Below, in pieces: positions 10,375-21,700 of a DNA stretch of 64,000 nt. Position numbers and translations under genes: made by a program. The stretch lies in contig NC_133619.1 in NCBI RefSeq assembly GCF_048593235.1, positions 24,752,454 through 24,816,453 of the forward strand, in the 5' to 3' direction. The stretch is from Sminthopsis crassicaudata (taxonomy: Eukaryota). The notes beneath the pieces are model-generated. The model ran no database searches. It saw nothing but the letters and a program-made list of their open reading frames with translations, and was not told where the DNA came from. Numbering within the stretch: position 1 is the stretch's first letter; every line of letters begins with the position of its first letter.

Positions 10375-11832
10375 CCCTCGCTGACGGACTGTACCACTCG
10401 CAGCCGGACCTCAGGGAGAGAGCGGCGGCGCGATCCAACCGGCCCAGGTGTAAGGGGAGGAAGCTGCCTCTGCCCGGAGTGACCCCCAAAGAAAATAAAA
10501 GAGAAGAATGGAACTGTGTAATTATCACCTTTGCATTTCATCTCCAGATCTGAAGGCATCCTCAATAAATAACAACAACTAGCGTTGCTACAACGGTGTA
10601 AAGTTTACAAAACGTAAATCTCATCTGAGACTCAGGACCCCGTGAGACGGTTGCTATTAGCTCGCTTTACAGCTGAGGAAACTGAGGCAAAACAGGTGAA
10701 GCGATTGACCAAGATCCCACAGTTAAGTTTATGAGGCCCGATTTGAGTGAAAGTCGGGCCCTGGATCCACTGTAGCCCACACTAGGCAAATGACTGTGGA
10801 CAGATGACCCAAGTTAGGAGCCCATAAATTATAATGATCTGCCAGAGAACAAACAGGAAAAGGCGATTGTAACACAGTCTCATTTCCATTTAGAAACTTT
10901 TCTCAGCATCTGTGGAACAGAGCAACATCCAGAAATTGTTATGAAGGTGACGTCTTAGGAGAAAGTATTTTGAAACAAAATATAGAGCTCTTTTCTCAAA
11001 CCTATGATTAGTAACAAAGTGAAAAGCAGTTAGAAGATAAAATAACATGCTGTCTGCAGAGGCATAATCAATCCTTTAAGGACAGTTAAGATAATGCATA
11101 TGTTTTGTTTTGTTTTGTTTTTTTCCAGAAAAGTTTCTTTTTTTGACAGTCTTCCTGTTACTGCAGTCTGCTGATAAGTTAACAACAATCTCTTCCCCAA
11201 AAAAGTCCATAATATGCTCTTAAGGGTAATTTTCATTATTAATATTTTCACCATTGTTTTCTTCAACCTAGACAATCAAGAAAACAAGAAATCAAGCCTT
11301 CATTTGCAGCTATTGTCAATTTCCAAGTTGTAAATGCTCACCCTGAATTTTAACAATCAGCACAATACTGGCTCCCTTCATTTACAGGAGAATATTATCA
11401 CTTATCAGCAAGAGAAATTTGCTATGTTTGTTACTGTCCTAGCTCAGCCATCTTTAGGCAGCCTGATGTGCCCATCCATATTTTGCTTCAGTTCAAAGGC
11501 TCATCACACTGGTACTCTATTAAGTGCACCCACCCATTTGATTTAACCTACTATAACTCAGAACTCTCAAGCTGAAGCAATCCATCAACCACAGTCTCCC
11601 TAACCACAAAATCACAAGGATTACCTATCACTCCTGATTCAAATAACTGGTTTTTGTCTTCTGTGAACTTGAGAATTAAACTATATTAAACTGATTTTTT
11701 TTTTTTACTTTTGAGATGCTATGATAATCTCCATTATGTTATGCATTTGTATTTGCATTTTTACCTCATTAAAATTAGGAAAATAAATCAGCCAAGTATA
11801 ATGGAATTGGCAGGAAAAGACAACTTTAATTC

Positions 11833-12348
11833 TTTTTTTTTTTTTTTAATTTATAGCTTTTTATTTACCAGATATATGCATGGGTAATTTTACAACATTG
11901 ATAATTGCCAAGGTTTTTGTTCCAATTTTTCCCCTCCTTCTCCCCACCCTCCTCCCCCAGATGAGCAATATATGTTACATATGTTAAAGTATAAATTAAA
12001 TACAATATATGTATACATGTCTAAACAGTTATTTTGCTGTACAAAAAGAATCGGACTTTGAAATAGTGTACAGTCTGTGAAGGAAATAAAAAATGCAGGT
12101 GGACAAAAATAAGGGTATTGGGAATTCTATGTAGTGGTTCATAGTCATCTCCCAGAGTTCTTTCACTGTGATTAGCTGCTTCCGTTGGAACTGATTTGGT
12201 TCATCTCATTGTTGGAGAGGGCCTCATCCATCAGAATTGATCATCATATAGTATTGTTATTGAAGTATATAATGATCTCCTGGTCCTGCTCGTTTCACTC
12301 AGCATCAGTTCATGTAAATCTCTCCAGGCCTTTCTGAAATCATCCTGG
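11833..12348 (-). mobile_element. Young 5'-truncated L1 (3' end with poly-A)
   Basis: Poly-T at 11833 followed by ttatagctttttatttaccagatatatgcatgggtaattttacaacattg, the reverse complement of the marsupial L1 terminus. Degenerate TSD caactttaattct (11821-11833) / caactcttattct (12350-12362), 11 of 13 identical. Confidence 0.85.
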
Positions 12349-14829
12349 GCAACTCTTATTCTCTCTACCTATGTGACTCTAAGGAGATAACTCGGTGCTT
12401 TTGGGACTCAATTTCTTTATCTTTAAAATAAAATGAACAAATCTTCCACTTCCCCTCTCCCCAGATTGTTATGATCCAAGCATCCTATAAGGCCTAGCTC
12501 TAGATGATTTATTGGTGTTATATTAACATAATCCATGTTTAGGCAGCCTCCATTCTCACATTTCCACTTAGACAAGCTCATTGCCAAAATCAGAAAAAAA
12601 AGAGTTGGAAATAATAATTTGGAACTAGGGAAGGTCCTGTTTATAATCTTGGGCAACTGTTTCAACTTTTTTCACCTTATGTTCCTCACTTGTAGAAGGA
12701 GGACATTGGAGAAAAACTAGATTGAGGACCCTTTTAATTCTAGAGCAATGATTCTGCATAATGGAAATGTTATGGAATTTAGTTGAAGAAATGAATTTAA
12801 AATTCAAGGGAAGAACTTCTTGGTGGCACTACAATAAGAACAGTCATAACCATGCCATATACCAGGATGTCCAGACAGGAATTTTGGAGATAGAACACAG
12901 ATAGGTCATTTGCCCATTGGGAAGGGAATTCCCTTGCTTTCTACTTTTATTATTTTCCTGGGAATCCATGGATTAAAGCAGGAAACCAAAGAATTCCTGA
13001 CCCATGTGGCATCACACTTACCTGGATGGAAAATTCCATTTCATCTTAGATGTAACAAAGACCAAGCTGACAGCATCAATTCATGAGTTACTTGATCATA
13101 AGAACTGGAATATATTTGGATGAGATTTATTAGCTTCCCTTTTCAATTGGCTTCAGGACACAGAGAGCATTTCCCCCAAAAAAGAATCTATGCCAATCTA
13201 ATTCAAAATATTGAAAAATGAGAATGTGAAAGAACATGAATTCAGATCACACTAAAACAAAGGCTCCAGCTGACTGGCACTCTCCATGGAAAAGATAGTT
13301 ATAAACTGAAGTGAGCATTGAAATAGCATTACAAGCAAGAGGAAATCAGTTAAAAGTTCTCAATATTGTCTTTTTATTACCTTTCTATTCTAGTAAATTT
13401 AGTTTCTAGCAAATGTATCCTAAATTGTGATATAAGTGTGTTTTTTCTAGTTCATATAAAGCTTGGAAAGAGATAATCTTAATGAAATTGTATCATTAAT
13501 AACAATAATAACAACAATAAGGAGTAGCACATTAAGGTTTTCAAACTCCTTTACAAATCTTATTTCATGTTATCCACATAATAATATTAGATGCTATTAT
13601 TATCACTTTATATTTTTTTATGTATGCTTGAGACCAAGAAATCATTAGGGAGGGGGAAGAGGGGAATGGGGGATTTTATTTACTAAGTGTTCCATGAGTC
13701 TATACACTAACCTATAGAATTAACCTACAGAATGAAGGTGTTACTAGATACAGAGTTTGGACGAGAAAGCTTTCAAGCAAAGAAGTTTAAGAGATCACTA
13801 GAGAAATCTTGGGGGGAGCTAAGAGAGCTGGGAAGTTCATAAAGCAACAGAAATGTTCTCAGTGAGGAAAAATTTCCTTGCTAAGAGAAGTCAACAGTTA
13901 CTAGATTGCTGTGCGCAGTTCCAAAATAAGTGGTTAAGTTACTAGGATCTTTTGTGACATGTTAGGACCTGGAGTGATCTGCATTAGGGGATGGATAGGT
14001 GAGTTGGTTAATGCTCTGCTGGAAGGATGTGAGGTGGCAATTATTTGGTATTGGTCCAGAATGCGATTGATTGCTTAATTAAATTTCTCATTTGCCTTGC
14101 TATTTATATTTCCTTTATTCTCTTTTGTTCTGAAGTGATGGTTTATTTGGTTTGGCCTGGCATTGAGATATATTGTTGGGGGAAGGGGTCAGAGTTATGA
14201 ACTTGAATAAATGATGACCCAAAGAGAAAAAACTAACTTGAAAAGCCATGAATTTTCAGTCATGTAAGGATCTATGTACGGAGGAAAAAAGAAGAGGAGC
14301 TTGTCCTCCATATGCATGAAGCACCAAAAACCTGACATTCATTCCCCCTTAGATATGGTCAAACTGTCCAGATTGTTATTCTCCAAACTCAGATTTCCAT
14401 CACTCTGTTCTCAGAACAATCTTGCCCCCAGCCCACAATGTACTTTCTCCAATGTTCGGGATCCTTAGTTTCCTTCATGACTTAGTTCACATACCTCATA
14501 GAAAGGCTTTCCTGATGCCCCATTCAGTTTTTAGTAATTTTTTGCTTCGATTTATATCATATTTGCTTACCTGTGTTCATTTTATATCCACCCACCCCTT
14601 ACCACTCTCACCCCTCCCACACACACATAGACTTTGGTGGAATATAAGGGCCATGAGGATAGAAGCTATTTATACTCTTGTCTTTGTATTCCACAATGTC
14701 TTGCACAGGAGATAAATAGGAGGACAGATAGATGGATAGATAGAAAGACAAATAGATATACAGATAAAGTGACATTTGTTTCCTGTCCCCTAGTCTCTCA
14801 ATAAAATGTGAGTTCCTTGAGAATAAGAA

Positions 14830-15305
14830 CTATTTCTATAAGAAGTGATGAGGGACAGCTAGAAGGTGAAGTGGATAGAGTGCCAACCCTGAAGTCAGTA
14901 GGACTTGAGTTCAAATCCCACCTCAGACACTTAACACTTCTTAGCTTGTGACCTTGGGCCCACTTATCCCCAATGGCCTTAGCAAAAAAAAAAAAAAAAT
15001 GATGAGCAGGTTGATTTCAGAAAAGCCTGGAAAGACTTATATGAATTGATGCTAAGTAAAGTGAGTAGAACCAAAGAACATTGTATACAGTAACAAGATT
15101 ATGTGATAATCAATTCTGATGGACTTGGCTCTTTTCAACAATGAGGTGATATAAGGCAATTCCAATAGACTTGTGATGGAAACAACCATCCACCTTCTGA
15201 GACAGAACGATGGAACCCAAATATTGATCAAAGGATAATAATTTTCATCTTATTTTTTTTTTGGTTGTTTGTTTGCTTGAATATTTTTTCCTCCCATTTT
15301 TTTTT
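14830..15305 (+). mobile_element. L1 3' fragment, interrupted by a WSINE1 and abutting a solo LTR
   Basis: tatttctataagaagtgatgag...caggttgatttcagaaaagcctggaaagacttatatgaattgatgctaagtaaagtgagtagaacc. The same L1 segment appears uninterrupted at 37420-37510. Confidence 0.8.
14852..14999 (+). mobile_element. WSINE1-type SINE inserted into L1
   Basis: gggacagctagaaggtgaagtggatagagtgccaaccctgaagtcag...ccccaatggccttagc-A16. TSD remnant tgatgag on both sides (14846-14852 and 15000-15006). Confidence 0.85.
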
Positions 15306-15312
15306 CCTTCAT

Positions 15313-15669
15313 TGTAGAGGGCTGAAACTCCAAAAAAGTATGCTTGAATCAGACAGCAGAACACTTAAGGCTGATTACCTATTCATTGTAAGATAATGGC
15401 TGTATATACATATTTAGATGAGATGGTGATGTGATGACTCTCCTCACCATTGGTGCTTGCTGAATGTTTTGGTGGTGAGATAATCATAGACAAGGATTGG
15501 AGGGCTGGGGGAGAGAAGTCAGGGTGATTCTGCTGCAGGATGAGGAGGAGAGAAGCTGGAGACTCAGGACTCCACTTGCCTGCCTCCTTCATTTCTCCCA
15601 CTAAAGACCAAGAACTTTGATTAATCCTGACTTTGACTGATCCTGAGGCCTTCCAGGGAACTAGTCACA
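15313..15669 (+). mobile_element. Solo LTR (357 bp), TG...CA termini
   Basis: Starts tgtagagggctgaaactc and ends ctagtcaca. Flanked by cttcat (15307-15312) and cttcac (15670-15675), a 6-bp TSD with one mismatch. Strand inferred from recalled marsupial LTR consensus. Confidence 0.65.
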
Positions 15670-15689
15670 CTTCACCTTTTGATTTTAGC

Positions 15690-17616
15690 AGATTCTGGGG
15701 GGTTTGAGACTAAGTTTTAAGTTGCTTGGCATTATCTCTCAGTCTGCTAACTTGAAGTAGTCTATTTTATTTTTAAGTAGGCCTAATTTACATGACTAAA
15801 AGCCTTCTAAGGTCCTGAATCCAGAATAAAAAAAAAAAAAAAACTGCAAAAGGAAAAAAACAAACAAACAAACATCCTTTTTGGTATTTTCCATGCTTCT
15901 TTCTCTTAGAGAGGTTTGTGGAATCTGTCCTGGCTAGGCTAGTGTCTCTGGATGGCCTGGATTCTTCTGAGGTTTGTGCTGCTGTCCCAACATCTTCAAC
16001 ATTCCTCTGCTCACCCAACCCTCTTCATTTCTGGCATGGAGGGTGGGCTAGTCACTGGGCTACTGACCTGCAGCTGGATACCTGGGACAAATTTCTCCAA
16101 CCTTCTCTCCCAAGTTCCTAAAGCCCACAGATTTCTTAAAGCTTTGTAGATGACTTGAAAGGGCAGTTTTCTGCCACCTCAAATTTTGGAGCTGTGTGTT
16201 TAAATTATAATTCTGATTCTGAACTTTTATAAGATAATTTGTATTAATTAATACGTGCTAAAATTGTGAACTTGTTTATTCTGGTCTAAGATTTTAGAAA
16301 TATGTGTGCGTTAATATTGAAGTATCGCTACTGGAAATTCAAATCTGTATTTAATTTGAAGTTAAAAAAATTTGGGTTCTCTGGTAACTTACTTAAAGAG
16401 GTCACATGTTTGTATCTCCTAATTAGACCATGTTGCTTTCTAAATTGTATATTGGATAATTTGTAAAAATTGTATGAACTGTGATTTAACAGTTTGGCAG
16501 CCCTGCTGGATATGTGATATAAATTTTGTGAATTTTGGTCCAAAGTTATTTAGATATTACTTATATTCTGAATCTTAACGTTTTTCTTGCTTACTCTTTT
16601 TAACAGAGAAAGAAAAAGCAAGAAAAGTTAGTGTATATGGATATATGTAATTGCAAAACAAATTTTATCTGAAAAGTGTGCAATATATCTACAGATAAAT
16701 AAGAAGGAGGTGTCTCTCCAGAGGGAGGGAACTTGCATCCAAAATATTCAACTTAAGTTTTAATGAAATGAAACCTGTGGGGAAACTGAGATCGAGTGCA
16801 CTATTTAATAGGATGGGTGGAAGTTTTCCCATGGGTTCTACTGCTTTAAGAGGCACTAGTGGAATAACATTGGACTAAGTATGGATTTATAGAGACTATT
16901 TGATTCTGATAAAGGAACCTATTTTACTTCTAAGGTTTTGTAAGAAATAATGGGGAGGGGTTGCAAATTGAGTGGTAATCCCATACACTGGGACATCTGC
17001 CCTCATCAGGGAAAATTGAAAGGATGAATCAGATTCTTAAGAAATAGATTACTAAATTGATGTTAGGAATGAAACTGCATTGGAACAAATGTTTCCCTAT
17101 TGCTTTGTTAGAGAATTAAGAGTCCTCAAAATGACTTAGCACCCTAAAAGCTTTAATTAGCTGGAAGGTGAATTGGGTTTGGGCATAGTGGAATTAGAGG
17201 AGATAACATAATATGGGGGAAGGGAAAAAATACAAGACAGGATGCTGTGCCCAGCTGACCCAAAGGAAGGTAGCAGCCATGGGGTAGCATACAAGCAGAT
17301 TTTATAGGGAAAATTTAACCTCAGAGACATAACTGGGATTTCCACAAAGGATGAGTCTTAGGAGCTTGACAATAACTTGGATAGTAAAGATTGAACAACC
17401 TGGAGGGGGATGTCCAGTTAGACTTGGACCTTTAAAGGCTGGGACCAAGGAATCAAACTGAAAACAGGTCCTTTGTTGCTGATAAGGATGGACCACAATA
17501 GAGAAAAGGACAAACCAGACCCAGAGGAATTAGAGACTGAGAACAGAATGGGTTGAGGAAATGTGTCAAGAATAGTGAGAGATGTTTTCAAAGGTTATTT
17601 AATAAAAAGGTGGAAC
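15690..17616 (+). mobile_element. Truncated endogenous retrovirus internal region (class I-like)
   Basis: Contains a decayed integrase segment and ends in a polypurine-tract-like aataaaaaggtggaac immediately before an LTR. The left boundary is approximate. No 5' LTR or PBS found. Confidence 0.6.
16808..17125 (+). pseudogene. Retroviral integrase catalytic-core remnant
   Basis: Joined across frameshifts: IGWVEVFP ... DSDKGTYFTSKVL*EIM(E)GLQIEW*SHTLGHLPSSGKIERMNQILKK*ITKLMLGMKLHWNKCFPIALL(RI). Includes the second Asp (DSD) and the Glu (IER) of the DDE triad. Three stops and several frameshifts. Confidence 0.85.
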
Positions 17617-18065
17617 TGAATGGAATAAATAAGAATGTGGTCTTGACCTATGTCCTAATTGTGACTTAAGACTTTCCAATAACAAGTTGAGCTATAGACA
17701 AAAGTTGCAAGTGTTGGAACATTTCCCTCCTGCCCCCCAACTCTTAATTACTGTTTAAATACTTAATCAATAAAGAGTTTATTATTTACTAGTGTTATTT
17801 TGTTTTTGGGAAAGATTTCCACTTTAGGGTGTCTGGACTCTGCCAGACAATAGGAGAAAAGATCAAAGACAGGAGTGGAGGTTTCTACATTAGGATGTAT
17901 ATAATTCTGTATTTATACTTTGTGCTTTGCACTCCTTTACTGATGACATCTTGTCTGTTAGGAGTTGCCCTTTCTCCTAGATTGTAATAAATCCTTTTTT
18001 TTGCTCTTTTTTACCTTGAGAGTTTCTACTATTAATTTGAGTTGTAGTCATAGCTGTCCCATACA
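17617..18065 (+). mobile_element. 3' LTR of the ERV remnant
   Basis: TG start right after the PPT-like tract, AATAAA at 17986-17991, ends cccataca (CA). Confidence 0.6.
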
Positions 18066-18960
18066 TAAACTGTCCTGCAAAGTTCTCATTTCCTTTTTCC
18101 ATTTTTCTTCTAACACTTCTTTAAAAGTCTTTTTTGAATAATTTCAAGAAAGCCTGGTGAGATGGAGACCAACTCATATCATTTTGGGGGCTTCATCTAG
18201 AGACATTTTGGCATTAGTGTCCTTAGGGTTTGAGGTCTGTTGTTCCCTATCTCCATAAAAGCTATCTATGGTCAGAGTTTTTTTTTTTTTGTTTGTTTTT
18301 GAGGTCTGATGTATACATATATCATATTTAACATATACTTTAACATATTTAACATGTATTGGTCTACTTGCCATCTGGGGGAGGGGATGGAGGGAAGGAA
18401 GGGAAAAATTGGAACAAAAGGTTTTACAACTGTCAATGCTAAAAAATTACCCATGCATATATTTTGTAAATAAAAAGCTATAATAAAAAAAAAGTTGAGG
18501 TCTTAGGGCAAAGAAAAGATTGTACCAGGCTTTTTCTGTAGGTGACAGTGGCTTCATGTTGCCCTGGGGCCAGAGCTGCTGGCTTTCCTGTATTGGATGA
18601 ATATGGCCTTATTCTAAGGTTCAATGCCTCACTATTTGTCTTTTATAGCTGTGCTGAATCAGCTTGTCTACTGATCCACTGACTTTTGAACCTTGACCAA
18701 TTTACTGTCTTTTGGTAAGAGCCTCCCAATAGATTCCCCAACCTGTAAAGCTTTCTGCCCTGGATTCCTGTGCTGCCCCTGCACTTTGCTGCCTTCCCAC
18801 CCCCATTGAAACAGACCTTTTTCTGAAGTTTTTCCAAAATATCTTCTGCTAGAAATTTGTTACACTCCAAATATTTGTGGGTTCTACCAGTGCAAAACCA
18901 GTTCAGAAGCTGGATCTGGTGTTGATCTAAAGGAAGCCAAGAAGAGCTCAGACAAAGATT
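18066..18960 (-). mobile_element. Older L1 5' UTR / ORF1-start fragment
   Basis: Minus-strand translation KKKKTLTIDSFYGDREQQTSNPKD resembles the marsupial L1 ORF1 N-terminus. Upstream sequence resembles L1 5' UTR. Confidence 0.65.
18308..18494 (+). mobile_element. Young L1 3' terminus inserted into the older L1
   Basis: ...aaattacccatgcatatattttgtaaataaaaagctataat-A tail. Flanked by ttgaggtct at 18299-18307 and 18495-18503 (9-bp TSD). Confidence 0.8.
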
Positions 18961-20774
18961 TGTCTATTCTCTTGTTATATTGGTTCTCCTCCAAGAACTA
19001 TCTTTGGGTTATAGCCTTACCACTTAGCACAATATTTGGCACATAGTAAATACTTATAAAAGTTCTTATTAATTTCAACTTTTTTCATTCAGCAATTATT
19101 GAAATTTAAAAAGCAGTACAAGATCAAAGCCAAAAAAAAAAAAAAAAAAAGGTTCCTGTCCCACTTCCAAAAGAAGGAGCCATTTAAGAAAGGCCTAAAG
19201 CCCAAGGACATAGCTTTTACAATTCATATCAGATACACACTATTTTCTGAAGTTTTAGCAAAATTATATTTCTTTCATAATATAAAAACACAATTAGTGA
19301 ATAAGTTTTACATTTTAGAAAACTAAATTTAAGAGAAGAGTCTTATTTCAGTTGGTAGAAATTAGAGGCAGAACCTCAGACCTTCTGACACAAGAACAGA
19401 TCCATGGAGGACTATTTTGCCAATATTTTTCTTTGATTTTATTACAGAACTTTATCTAGAAATTCTACTTTTCTAACACCTAGTGAGCCTAGTGAAGGTA
19501 GATCACAGAAAAGCTGATATTGCCACAGGCTGAGGTATCCAAAAGCATTCAGCTCCCCATATAATAGTCCTCTCTTTCATGTCCATGGCCAGAGTGCTAA
19601 TTTGAGAATAGAAACACACGCTCTGTGTGAGAGTTTTAAGTGTGACCCCATAGTACATGCAAAAATTTGTGGAGAAGTAGTTGGGAGGGGAATAGAAGAA
19701 CATGAGATAGGTGACACAGAATTATCAGAAAATGACCAGAGTCAGAGATCACAGACCAGGGGACTGAAAGTGCCTCCCCTGAAATGCCCCCTTTCTAAAT
19801 TCTAAAGTCCAGGAGAAAAGCCCTTACTTCAACCCAGTTATGAATATGGCTGTTATTAATGTTTGTGGTAATGGTTTGAAGACCTGGCAGCAGAGGCTTA
19901 TCATCAAACGTCCTAGTCTTTGTTTTAACCTCTCAATTATATGTGAATTTGGAGCAAAGGCACACCCTAAAATAGTGAAATTTCACAACAGCTAGACTTC
20001 ACTTACTGTCAGCCTTTAGCAGAAAAAAGGCTTTAGCCTCATCTTCCTGGAAAAACTCTTTAAAGCTAAGATATATGCAGGGCAGATGTTGCTACAGGAA
20101 TAAGTCAATCCTGCTTCATTTTTCCAGCCACCATGACTCCTAACTACAGCTTCATTTACAGCACTCTTAAGCAAATACAGAAAAAAAAATAAAGTTGATA
20201 CCTCACAAGTGGAAGAAAGTAATCAAGTTATAGGATGAATTTATATAGTGGTATGTGAAAAATTCAGTTTCTTCTCCAGTTAAAAGAGTACAACCAGTGG
20301 TTTGGGGTCAGAGGTAGTATTCCTTGAAAGGACGTTTGATATCTGTCTGTGTGGTATGATGGAAAGGGAATTTGATACATCAGTCCACTAAAACAGCCCT
20401 CCCTAGATCATTTTTTTTTCTTCTGACTGAGTCTATCTGTAGAGTTTAATTCCTTCAAATTATTAAGGAATCATTTTCTTTAGAGATTTTATGCTTTGTA
20501 GAACAACAGAAGCCTTCACAAAACTGACAGAGACCTAAATTATCAGGATACAAATATATTTAACTTGGCCACTAATAATTATATTTAGACTTAATAGTTC
20601 TTAACAAATCAAAACAATTCCATCTCCTTTCCAAAGTAAGAGGAAGACAGAGCAAGCTCAATACAGAAGAGATAATACCTAAATTTTGATTCAGAGGTGC
20701 TAAGACTCTGAATTCAACTTTCCCCCTTTCCAGGCTTAGTTCTTTAAAAATCCTTTCATATCTTCATCCCCACC

Positions 20775-20934
20775 NNNNNNNNNNNNNNNNNNNNNNNNNN
20801 NNNNNNNNNNNNNNNNNNNNNNNNNNNNNNNNNNNNNNNNNNNNNNNNNNNNNNNNNNNNNNNNNNNNNNNNNNNNNNNNNNNNNNNNNNNNNNNNNNNN
20901 NNNNNNNNNNNNNNNNNNNNNNNNNNNNNNNNNN
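20775..20934. other. Assembly gap (N run), followed by a CT-rich low-complexity tract to about 21090
   Basis: Direct reading. Confidence 1.
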
Positions 20935-21700
20935 TCTCTCTCTTTTCTCTCTCTATCTCTGCCTCTCTTTCTTTCTCTTTCTCCCTCCTCTCTCCCCCTC
21001 CCTCTCTCTTTCTCTCTCCCTCTTTTCTTTCCTCTTTCGCTCTATATCTCTCTCTGTCTCTGTCTCTCTTTCTAATCTGTCTCTCTCTCCCTTTAACAAG
21101 GTATAGGAGGGGTTGAATAATCATTTGTTATAATCTATTTGGGATCACTCAGCATAGTTTCCTAGATCACAATTATCATTGAACAACTGGGGGTGAATGT
21201 AGTGGAGAGGACAAAGATTGGTCCTTTAAATCTATCTCTACCAATTTTATAATTATCAGTTCTGTTCACATATCATGGGAAAAAAATGGATAATTTGGAA
21301 TTCCATAATTAAAAGATCATTGGCTCTGGACTAAAGAAATCTGTTTCAAATTCCCACCTTTGACACTTTCCTGTATTAGACAAATTATTGACAAGCTATT
21401 GGGCCTCAGGTGCCTCATCTATAAAGTAAAGGGACTAGATGAGATAGTTTCTGAATTTTTTTCAGTTCTAAAGCTATGACAATGATTCTCATTTATAATC
21501 TATCCTAGAAAATTCTAGGTTATAAAAGTCTCATGGAAGAGTGGCAAGTGAGATGGGAAAAGAGGACCTAATTCAAGTCTTCCCTCTGCTAATTTCAACG
21601 TGTGTGATCTTGGTGTCCTCATTAGTAAAATAAGGCATTTGGACTGGATAATCTCTAAGTTTGAGCTCTAAATCTCTTCCCCATGTTATTATTATTACAG

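Larger units (their letters stand above)
9980..10480 (-). promoter_or_regulatory. CpG island, inferred ZBBX promoter / first exon
   Basis: The only extended GC- and CpG-rich stretch in an otherwise CpG-poor window. About 9 kb upstream of the ZBBX start codon on the minus strand. Contains GC boxes, X-boxes and minus-strand donor motifs (CAG|GTGGGT at 10240/10239; CAG|GTGAGG at 9938/9937). Confidence 0.8.

Noticed and set aside
9926-10553. Overlapping 200-aa (minus) and 169-aa (plus) ORFs
   Set aside because: They lie in the CpG island, where stop codons are rare. The translations are Pro/Gly/Arg/Ala-rich with no recognisable domain, and the 3' part of the plus ORF runs into AT-rich flank.
13650-14270. 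Possible 5' LTR partner of the ERV at 15690-18065
   Set aside because: It looks LTR/ERV-like in composition but shares only a short ttatttact(a)agtgtt word with the 3' LTR. I could not define termini, so it is left unannotated.
17157-17496. Two minus-strand ORFs (62 and 64 aa) with protein-like composition
   Set aside because: They are antisense to the ERV internal region between integrase and PPT, and I recognise no homologue. An env or integrase C-terminal remnant on the plus strand could not be convincingly reconstructed either.
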